Shown one piece after another: positions 57,210-64,000 of a stretch of 64,000 nt of DNA. Position numbers and translations under genes: made by a program. Below the pieces are notes generated by a model, which did not search any database, had not been told where the DNA came from, and saw nothing but the letters and a program-made list of their open reading frames with translations. Origin of the DNA: a virus (Duplodnaviria; Caudoviricetes); the IMG/VR virus record IMGVR_UViG_3300015050_000842, positions 9,894 to 73,893 of that record; one strand, 5' to 3'. Position 1 is the first letter of the stretch. Each line of letters begins with the position of its first letter.

Positions 57210-57452
57210 ATGGCTCATATAAAAACACAAATAGGAACATCAGATTCCGCAGATTTTGAACAAAACACATGGACATTTTCAATGAACACAAGATTTAGTG
57301 TTTGTGCAGGAGATTTTGCAATAGTCCCATTACAATCTTACAGGGATTCCCTAATTAAGCTAAACGAAATTATTGATAGGTTTCCTAATAATGTTGAAAT
57401 TCAACACGTAAAAGATTCAGTAAAATATGTTTTATTAATGTTAGAAGAATAA
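57210..57452 (+). CDS. Hypothetical protein
   Basis: ORF track. Confidence 0.55.
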   Translation: MAHIKTQIGTSDSADFEQNTWTFSMNTRFSVCAGDFAIVPLQSYRDSLIKLNEIIDRFPNNVEIQHVKDSVKYVLLMLEE

Positions 57453-57616
57453 ATTATGAGAGTAGCAGTAAGCAGAACGGTTTACCCAAACGGTAAAGTA
57501 AAAGAACATGAACACGGAATGGATGTCTTAGAGATAAGAAAACCATTAAAGGATAACCAATTCAATCGGGTTGGAGAGAGAGTAACAAAATTCGTAAACA
57601 AGTTATATAATATAAA

Positions 57617-57895
57617 ATGATAACAAGAGAACAAATCGAAGTAGCATTTGGAGATATACGAAATGCCTTTAAAACAAAAAATATTGACCACGATGTAACT
57701 GCAATAACCTTACTAAGAGAAAGAATACCTTATGAAGTTTGCAAAAGCATTATCGGTGGTGCAGAACACGATGTATTATTTCTATGCGATTTGAAAGACG
57801 CAATCCCCCATCTTTCAGAGGATGATTTAGGAATATTAGCAGACTGCAATGTTTGGGTAGATGATGACTGCGATTGCTTTGCACTTTTTGTATAA
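57617..57895 (+). CDS. Hypothetical protein
   Basis: ORF track. Confidence 0.6.
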   Translation: MITREQIEVAFGDIRNAFKTKNIDHDVTAITLLRERIPYEVCKSIIGGAEHDVLFLCDLKDAIPHLSEDDLGILADCNVWVDDDCDCFALFV

Positions 57896-57931
57896 ACATT
57901 TAAAAAAAACAAATTAAATAAATAAATAATC

Positions 57932-58273
57932 ATGGAAGTAAAAGGTAAAATTGTAAAAATCGGGCAGGCCGAACAAGTAAAAGAGAATTTTTCTAAACGT
58001 GACTTAATCGTTGACGTATCAGATAACCCAACCTACCCAAGTCCTGTTAAATTTGAAGCATTAAAGGATAAGACCTCTTTGCTTGACAATCTTAAAGTAG
58101 GGGATAATATAGAAATATCGTTTAATATGAATGGTCGTGAATGGGTTGATAAAACAGGTAAGGTATCTTACTTTACCACCCTATCAATTTGGAAAGTGAA
58201 TATATTTAGTGCAGGTCAGATGCAGGAAGCACAAGTGTTTGATAATGAACAAGATGAACAATTACCGTTCTGA
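57932..58273 (+). CDS. DUF3127-family ssDNA-binding protein (OB fold)
   Basis: MEVKGKIVKI...FSKRDLIV...GREW...YFTTLSIWK, with an acidic tail ending in LPF. Confidence 0.85.
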   Translation: MEVKGKIVKIGQAEQVKENFSKRDLIVDVSDNPTYPSPVKFEALKDKTSLLDNLKVGDNIEISFNMNGREWVDKTGKVSYFTTLSIWKVNIFSAGQMQEAQVFDNEQDEQLPF

Positions 58274-58274
58274 T

Positions 58275-58649
58275 ATGACACCATACATAGCAGTAGGACT
58301 ACCGTATATATCTATCAAGGGGTATATACGGTACAAAGCATCACTACCCAAGATGGACATGGCAGAGGTTGATATGATAGTTAATCGGATTATAATGTTA
58401 ATATCATTGGAGTTGAGTGTGCCAAAGTCAGATATTTTATCCAATTCAAGACGTATGCCCGAAAAGGATGCAAGACACTTAGCTATTCGTATTATACGAA
58501 ACAGAACCAAGTTATCAACGGTTAAGATAGGGCAAATATTTAATCGTGACCACGCTACAATCGTTCACTCTTTACAAACAACAGATGGATGGATTAGGCA
58601 CAACCATAAATTCAATCAGCTATACACAAGTATTGACAAATTAATATGA
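58275..58649 (+). CDS. Stand-alone DnaA domain IV-like HTH protein
   Basis: DILSNSRR....ARHLAI...KIGQIFNRDHATIVHS; likely ATG 58275. Confidence 0.8.
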   Translation: MTPYIAVGLPYISIKGYIRYKASLPKMDMAEVDMIVNRIIMLISLELSVPKSDILSNSRRMPEKDARHLAIRIIRNRTKLSTVKIGQIFNRDHATIVHSLQTTDGWIRHNHKFNQLYTSIDKLI

Positions 58650-58855
58650 AAGAACCAATAACATTAAAGGAAGCACTAAACATCTACGGTGTTAAAATGG
58701 CGACAATAGAGAGGCTTGCAGGGATTCCTAAAGGATTACTGTCACAATATGTCAACGGCACAAAGAAATGCTCTCCTGAACGCTTATTTCTCATTGAGGA
58801 TGCGTTTAAACAATTAGGTAAGGATATGGAGCATACTAAACTTGTAGCAGAATGA
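58646..58855 (+). CDS. XRE/Cro-like HTH protein
   Basis: MATIERLAGIPKGLLSQYVNGTK motif. Confidence 0.7.
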   Translation: MKEPITLKEALNIYGVKMATIERLAGIPKGLLSQYVNGTKKCSPERLFLIEDAFKQLGKDMEHTKLVAE

Positions 58856-59490
58856 ACGAGCCATCATTATTTGACAAAATATTCAGAGAAGCAAACACTA
58901 AGGTAAGCGAAGCTATACTTAATGGAGAGCAGTCTGTTTATATTCCAATAACAGTCAAGCAAACAAGTCCTGCATATTTAGCAATAGACCCCGGCAAGTC
59001 AGGCGGTTTAACGGTTATGCACAACGGAGAATTAGTATTTAAGGGCATTATGCCAATATCAGGAGATAACTTAGATATTAAAGCCTTATACGACCTAATT
59101 ACAAGCCTTACAAGCGATTATCTTTTAACGGTGGTAATAGAAGACGTACACAGTATTTTCGGCTCATCAGCAGGTTCTAATTTCACATTTGGTTTTGTAT
59201 GCGGTGCTATTGAAGCAGTAGTTGTTTCTTGTAAACTAAAACTTATTAAGGTTCAGCCTAAAACATGGCAGAAAGAAGTTTGGTCTAATTCAGATAAATG
59301 CTACAAGCCTAAGAAACCTAACCAAAAGAACGCATCCATTGATACTAAACTAACATCACTTAACTGTGCTAAAAGACTGTTCCCTAATTTTGACTTTAGA
59401 AAGTCAGATAGTGCAAGGGTTACTAAAGAGCATGACGGTATTGTGGATAGTGCTTTAATGTGTGAATACGCAAGAATTAAAAATTTGTAA
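58852..59490 (+). CDS. ruvC: RuvC-like Holliday junction resolvase
   Basis: LAIDPGKSGG, VVIEDV, VQPKTWQK and HDGIVDSALM motifs. Confidence 0.85.
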   Translation: MNEPSLFDKIFREANTKVSEAILNGEQSVYIPITVKQTSPAYLAIDPGKSGGLTVMHNGELVFKGIMPISGDNLDIKALYDLITSLTSDYLLTVVIEDVHSIFGSSAGSNFTFGFVCGAIEAVVVSCKLKLIKVQPKTWQKEVWSNSDKCYKPKKPNQKNASIDTKLTSLNCAKRLFPNFDFRKSDSARVTKEHDGIVDSALMCEYARIKNL

Positions 59491-59507
59491 ATATGAAAAA
59501 CATTTTT

Positions 59508-59515
59508 TATTTTTG
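59508..59515 (+). promoter_or_regulatory. -7 promoter box (TATTTTTG)
   Basis: TAnnTTTG ahead of pseudoknot copy 5. Confidence 0.45.
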
Positions 59516-59526
59516 TTGTGTTATCG

Positions 59527-59900
59527 AAGCCGTGACAGGAAAGATAAGCACTTAACTTCTTAAAAATATACAGGCAATTTAACTGTATCTGCGAACATTC
59601 ACCCTGTCACGGTTTATTCAACGATACGGTTTTATTGTCCTGTTGTTTAAACTTGTACAGGAGAGGGAACATCCAAAGCCCTAATCAAAAACAGGTATTC
59701 GAACATTCTAACGTGTCAAATAAAGTGTGAGCAATGTCTGAAAGGTGACAACTCACGACCTTGAAGTGAAAGAGATACCGACACGGACTTGCCAATAGAT
59801 GTTGGGGAAAATGAACGAGTAGTAAGTACAGTTAAATGGATTAAAGATTAAACGTACTACAATCCCCCCTTCAAGTGATATAAACCTTTTGTGTCTAAAT
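59527..59900 (+). ncRNA. Pseudoknot leader copy 5 plus ~250-nt structured non-coding extension (candidate ncRNA)
   Basis: AGCCGTGACAGG (59528-39) pairs with CCTGTCACGGTT (59603-14); ACAGGCAAT..AACTGTATC pairs with GATACGGTT..ATTGTCCTGT; further stems CTTGAAG/CTTCAAG and GTAGTA/TACTAC; no ORF. Confidence 0.5.
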
Positions 59901-60256
59901 ATTTAACAAAATGATAAACATAAAAACAATTTGGGATAAGATAAAAGCAAAGAAATATCCTAAAAACATATTAACACCGAAAGAGTTTAACAATTTAATT
60001 TTCAAATCAGATGAAAGAAGAACGAAAAGCATTAATGAAGTCTGCAAAAAATAACTTTGTAGGCGGATATGTTGGATTACATACATTTTCAGGTATTGAC
60101 CCAAATAAAGCTAAAGAAATAGGAGAAAATCTATTCAATGCTTTTAAATCACTTGTAAACGTAATTGCTAAACAAAGGAACAAATGAAAGAATTAGAAGA
60201 TATTTTAATAGCAGTATTCTTTGTTTGCTTAGTTTGGTGTCAGATAAGGTCAAATA

Positions 60257-60508
60257 ATGTTAAGATTAAAAAAATTAAAAATGAATATGGAAGAAATAGA
60301 ATTTAAAATAGACTCAATATTAGACCAACACCTTTTAGCAGTAGAAAGAGGTTGTATAGAAGGTCAGAGTATAGCATCAAAAGAGATTGCCAAAGAAGTA
60401 AAGGATATAGCTATTGAGTTTGCAGAAAAATGTTTTGATGAATACGCTGACCAACAAATGTCATTTGGTGAACTATTTGACCAATTCATAAAAGAACGCT
60501 ACAAATGA
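60257..60508 (+). CDS. Hypothetical protein
   Basis: ORF track; start uncertain. Confidence 0.55.
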   Translation: MLRLKKLKMNMEEIEFKIDSILDQHLLAVERGCIEGQSIASKEIAKEVKDIAIEFAEKCFDEYADQQMSFGELFDQFIKERYK

Positions 60509-60693
60509 AAGAAATTAAAACAAAATTTGTTGACCCATTAGGGAATGAAACAATAGTTAGAATTTACAATGAAGTTCATTCAGATTCTAAAATGAATATA
60601 ACATACTTAACTATTGAAGAAATAAAAAAACTTTCAGGAGTAACTGATGAACAAATTAAACAAATTCAAGATGCAATATCCGCTACACATTAG
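60505..60693 (+). CDS. Hypothetical protein
   Basis: ORF track. Confidence 0.5.
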   Translation: MKEIKTKFVDPLGNETIVRIYNEVHSDSKMNITYLTIEEIKKLSGVTDEQIKQIQDAISATH

Positions 60694-60829
60694 ATTTCAT
60701 CACGCAATCGGCTTATCAAGGCTTAAATATTGCATAGCCCAATGTAAACTACCAAAGACAGATAAAGGAACATTTTACAGTCTTAGGTTTAATAACTCAT
60801 TTGATACACTTTTAAAATCAATGGTATGA
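60671..60829 (+). CDS. Hypothetical protein
   Basis: Likely ATG 60671 within ORF-track entry 60647..60829; stop overlaps the next start. Confidence 0.45.
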   Translation: MQYPLHIRFHHAIGLSRLKYCIAQCKLPKTDKGTFYSLRFNNSFDTLLKSMV

Positions 60830-61380
60830 AAATAATATTTCTTGATATAGATGGAGTTTTAAATTTAAGAAGGCGTGAAAGAGATAAATTTGGCTCATTG
60901 TTTCACAAAAGTTGGTCGGATAATTTAAATAATATTGTTGAAGAAACAGATGCTAAAATAGTAATAAGTTCTACGTGGCGTATGAGTGGATTAAGATTTA
61001 TGCAAGATATGTGGAAGCAAAGAAAGTTGTTAGGAGAAGTAATTGATATTACTCCACGTATGTATTTTAGTAAAGGAATTTCGGATTCTGTACCGAGAGG
61101 TTGTGAGATACAGAATTGGCTAAGACATAATGGTTTTCAACGTATTAATTGGTGCGAAAAAACCCAATTAGAATATTTAGAGAAATCAATAGTTAAAAAC
61201 TATATCATATTAGATGATGATTCCGATATGCTCTATAATCAGCGAGAACATTTTGTAAAATGTAGTGGAAATCACAAGCACAAGCAATCAATTGAAGGAT
61301 ATGGATTAACAAAGGAATTAGCAGATAAGTCTATTGGTATTCTGAATAAAAGCATTTTAGACCTATATTATGAAAGTTAA
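60826..61380 (+). CDS. HAD-domain protein, Swiss Army Knife RNA-repair type (HAD_SAK_2-like)
   Basis: KIIFLDIDGVLN, KIVISSTWR, RGCEIQNWL, YIILDDDSDM and GLT motifs. Confidence 0.85.
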   Translation: MKIIFLDIDGVLNLRRRERDKFGSLFHKSWSDNLNNIVEETDAKIVISSTWRMSGLRFMQDMWKQRKLLGEVIDITPRMYFSKGISDSVPRGCEIQNWLRHNGFQRINWCEKTQLEYLEKSIVKNYIILDDDSDMLYNQREHFVKCSGNHKHKQSIEGYGLTKELADKSIGILNKSILDLYYES

Positions 61381-61819
61381 ATTCTGCGATATATGTCAGC
61401 ACAAAGTAACTATACTATTTCATTCACGTAAAGCCAATAGGCAGTCATGTTGCCCTAAATGCTACCGACCTGAACAAAGCATAACACGTAAAGAGAAAGT
61501 GTCTGAGAACGGCTTAAATAAAGCGAGAGAGGTAAAGAAATATGTTATCCCTAAAGTGGGTGAGAAACAAGCAAAGATTAACGCATTGTATTCGGTTTTA
61601 AGGAAACAATATCTGAAAGACCACCCAAATTGTCAAGTTAAACTTCGTGTATGCTCAGGTAAAGCAACTGAAATTCACCACACCCACTTTGGCTCAGATA
61701 AAAGAACGCATTTTTTAGATTCATCCACATTTAAATCTATTTGCAGACATTGCCACCGATTCATACATGACGAAATGTCGTCTAAAGAGCAAAGGGAACG
61801 TGGTTTGAAGATTAATTAA
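61370..61819 (+). CDS. HNH-like / NinG-like nuclease
   Basis: CDIC..CPKC N-terminus; CQVKLRVC...ATEIHH...FKSICRHCHRFIH. Confidence 0.7.
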   Translation: MKVKFCDICQHKVTILFHSRKANRQSCCPKCYRPEQSITRKEKVSENGLNKAREVKKYVIPKVGEKQAKINALYSVLRKQYLKDHPNCQVKLRVCSGKATEIHHTHFGSDKRTHFLDSSTFKSICRHCHRFIHDEMSSKEQRERGLKIN

Positions 61820-61823
61820 AACT

Positions 61824-61855
61824 TTTGTGTTTGTAGAATATGTTATATATATTTG
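61824..61855 (+). promoter_or_regulatory. Promoter TTTG-N20-TATATTTG, 3 nt upstream of the GIY-YIG ATG
   Basis: Canonical -33/-7 spacing. Confidence 0.7.
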
Positions 61856-61858
61856 TGA

Positions 61859-62626
61859 ATGAAAAAATACTACGTTTACTCTCATACCGTAATTGGTACA
61901 CTTATTCCTTTCTATATAGGAAGTTCAACTGTTGCCGAAATTGGATTATCACATAAGAGAGCATATCGTTGTCCATTCATTAGTCGAAAAGACAACTGGC
62001 AGTCTTATGCTTCTACTGTGTCATACTCAGTAAAAATAGAAGGAGAGTTCTCAACAAAGCAGGAGGCATTAGATTATGAAAAATACTTAATTAAAAAATT
62101 CGGTAGAATTGACATAGGGACAGGTTGCTTAATAAATAAAACTGATGGTGGTTTTGGTGTTATTAATCCATGTAAAGACCTAAAGACATTAATGGAAGCA
62201 AACAGGGCAAAATCTATAAAGGGGAAAGACAAAAGAATATATCAACTGCCCTATTCACATGAAGTATCTAAATACACAGAAGAAGGTGATTACGTCTGCA
62301 CCTACCAATCACTTAATGAAGCAGCTAGGCAAAATAAAACTCTCAATAGCGATATAAGCATGGCTGTTAGGGGTAAGCGAAGATTAATATCAGGATTCCA
62401 ATGGAGGCGATATAAATTCATAAATGGCATCGGGTCGGTTCGACCAAAGAAAAAAGTCAACAAACGATTATTACAAATAGATTTCCATACAGGCGAACTT
62501 ATAAAAGAGTGGGAGAGTTCAATAGAGGCTTCAAGTTCTCTTGGAATATCAAGGACTGGGATAAATAATTGCTTGAGGGGTAGAACAAAAACGTCAAATG
62601 GATTTATTTGGCAATACGCTATATAG
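61859..62626 (+). CDS. GIY-YIG homing endonuclease with two NUMOD1-like domains
   Basis: YYVYSH...FYIGS...KRA...E..LIKKFGR.D.GTGCLINKTDGG; TYQSLNEAARQ and EWESSIEASSSLG repeats. Confidence 0.85.
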   Translation: MKKYYVYSHTVIGTLIPFYIGSSTVAEIGLSHKRAYRCPFISRKDNWQSYASTVSYSVKIEGEFSTKQEALDYEKYLIKKFGRIDIGTGCLINKTDGGFGVINPCKDLKTLMEANRAKSIKGKDKRIYQLPYSHEVSKYTEEGDYVCTYQSLNEAARQNKTLNSDISMAVRGKRRLISGFQWRRYKFINGIGSVRPKKKVNKRLLQIDFHTGELIKEWESSIEASSSLGISRTGINNCLRGRTKTSNGFIWQYAI

Positions 62627-62839
62627 TCAGCAGAAGAACAATATAGATTAGGATTAAGAATAAGAACATGAAAGTAGCAAGACCAAAAACAGAAAAGTAT
62701 CATAACTACGAAGAAGGAGATGTAGGAAGACCCATTGATAGGCATGGAAAGCATCTGTGCTATTTTAAAAAAAGGTGGTGGAAGATACACGACAGAAAGA
62801 AGTTTTTTAGAAATCTATTTAATCAGTTAGACAAATAAA

Positions 62840-63022
62840 TTATGGCACACGAATGTCCAACTTGTTATTTTACCTGTCATTGCGGAGGCGATATAGGCGA
62901 TTTAATATTTACAGAAACTAAATATGAAACTAACTGCACTCATTGTAATTCTAATGATGATGAATGGTTATGTGATTTATGCAGAGAAGATGAATGTAAT
63001 GGTAAATGTTTTGAATTATGAC
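62840..63022 (+). CDS. Small Cys-rich protein
   Basis: Manual translation MAHECPTCYFTCHCGGD...CTHC...CDLCREDECNGKCFEL; approximate coordinates. Confidence 0.45.
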
Positions 63023-63338
63023 ACCCGAAGAACTTGAACACAACTATATGCTCGGAACACTATTCTCTATTGACACCACAACAGAGTATATAGAATCCCT
63101 ACAAACAATGACAGACAAAAAAGATAGCTACGCTCACAACAAGTTTAATGATGCCGTAAAAGCAAACGGATTAGTAAGAAAGAATATTGAACGTAAGCTA
63201 TATCAGGGCAGAAACGAAGAACAGAAGCAAATGATAGACGATGCTATTGACTACCACAAAACATTAGTGTATGACTTCTTTCTTTTAGATAGTGATAAGC
63301 AAAGGAGAGTGAGAAGTTTAATAAATAAAATGAAATAA
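63018..63338 (+). CDS. Hypothetical protein
   Basis: ORF track. Confidence 0.6.
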   Translation: MTPEELEHNYMLGTLFSIDTTTEYIESLQTMTDKKDSYAHNKFNDAVKANGLVRKNIERKLYQGRNEEQKQMIDDAIDYHKTLVYDFFLLDSDKQRRVRSLINKMK

Positions 63339-63346
63339 AAAAAAGA

Positions 63347-63379
63347 TTTGGATTGTATTATAATTAATACTTATCTTTA
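63347..63379 (+). promoter_or_regulatory. Promoter TTTG-N21-TATCTTTA upstream of the tRNA-like RNA
   Basis: Near-consensus Bacteroidota promoter. Confidence 0.5.
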
Positions 63380-63580
63380 CATCACTGAATTAGTTCAGTC
63401 GTTCTTACACTTCCTGCCAAAAACAAAACAGTAATGACAAATACGAATTATACGAGAGCAATCTTTGACTGTATTCTTTTACAAGGCTCTATCCAAGCCT
63501 TTGTTTTGTAGATGGGTAACTTATAATTGTGAATACCTTGCGGTTACTAATTGGGAAATTACAGGAAGTTATTTTTTTTT

Positions 63581-63690
63581 GGCAATGTGGCGAAATTGGC
63601 AGACGCTATTAATAGTAAGAGGTTGGAGAATATAAAAGCGCAACCAACTAAAGACCTTACGTACAAGTTCAAATCTTGTCATTGCCACCA
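63581..63690 (+). tRNA. tRNA-like RNA (110 nt) without a canonical anticodon arm; isotype not assignable
   Basis: Acceptor GGCAATG/CATTGCC plus ACCA; D-arm GCG-AAATTGGCAGA-CGC; T-arm ACAAG-TTCAAAT-CTTGT; the central ~55 nt forms a long irregular hairpin. Confidence 0.7.
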
Positions 63691-63724
63691 CCCCCTCCAA
63701 AAGTAGGGGATTAAACGAATTAAC

Positions 63725-64000
63725 ATGAAAAAGAGTATGCTAAATGAATCTCGTAGGGAGCAACTAAAAAACTTAGGTGATTATCTATTTAAAAAAATGT
63801 TCCCAAACGAAGATGAAAGCGAAAGAGAAAAATTATCTGACTGGAAAGAACTTTTAAGAGATATTGAATATTTGCTTGACATAGCACCAAAATCATATAG
63901 AACTGTTTCTAAAGAGGATAAGAAGAATAATTACTATTTAGCTAAATGTAGCGAATGTGGATGGTTTGGGAGCAGTAGTCTTTTATGTGGAGGGGGAGCA
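63725..64000 (+). CDS. Hypothetical protein, partial (runs off window)
   Basis: ATG 63725, open to the window end (MKKSMLNESRREQLK...KCSECGWFG). Confidence 0.55.
   Translation, partial: MKKSMLNESRREQLKNLGDYLFKKMFPNEDESEREKLSDWKELLRDIEYLLDIAPKSYRTVSKEDKKNNYYLAKCSECGWFGSSSLLCGGGA

Noticed and set aside
62302-62790. 162-aa minus-strand ORF
   Set aside because: Antisense to the GIY-YIG gene in a region where all credible genes are on the plus strand.
1-64000. Alternative genetic code (TAG or TGA reassignment, as in some crAss-like phages)
   Set aside because: Long genes are intact in the standard code, and TAG/TGA terminate genes at tight gene junctions; only one isolated internal TGA was found.
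1-64000. Diversity-generating retroelement, retron or integrase-based prophage module
   Set aside because: No reverse transcriptase, template/variable repeat pair or recombinase recognised in the window.

Overview
A 64-kb piece of an AT-rich tailed dsDNA phage genome, almost certainly infecting Bacteroidota: TAnnTTTG -7 promoter boxes precede many genes and translation starts are A-rich without clear Shine-Dalgarno sequences. Positions 1-45730 are read mostly leftward. They hold a podovirus/crAss-like virion module (terminase, ~820-aa portal, scaffold, major capsid, tail ring proteins, tail muzzle, three ejection-type proteins including a >2337-aa giant running off the window), two glycosylation/methylation gene clusters, and a primase-helicase replication block. 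After a ~1-kb divergent non-coding region, 46.7-64 kb reads rightward through many small early genes, recombination/replication accessories (ERF, Gp157, DUF3127 SSB, RuvC-like) and a tRNA-like RNA. Three NUMOD4-HNH genes and one GIY-YIG homing endonuclease gene are present. Most notable: (1) the tail muzzle gene appears split in two; its first part ends in a mucin-like Thr/Pro stalk followed directly by a GT95/GT96-like peptide O-glycosyltransferase, suggesting a phage-encoded tail O-glycosylation system fed by a second sugar cluster; (2) five sequence-divergent, promoter-proximal a-b-a'-b' pseudoknot/attenuator-like leaders share one architecture; (3) a small promoter-to-terminator RNA is complementary to start-codon regions of early genes; (4) a tRNA-like RNA lacks a canonical anticodon arm. 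All family assignments come from motif recognition by eye, not from database searches.
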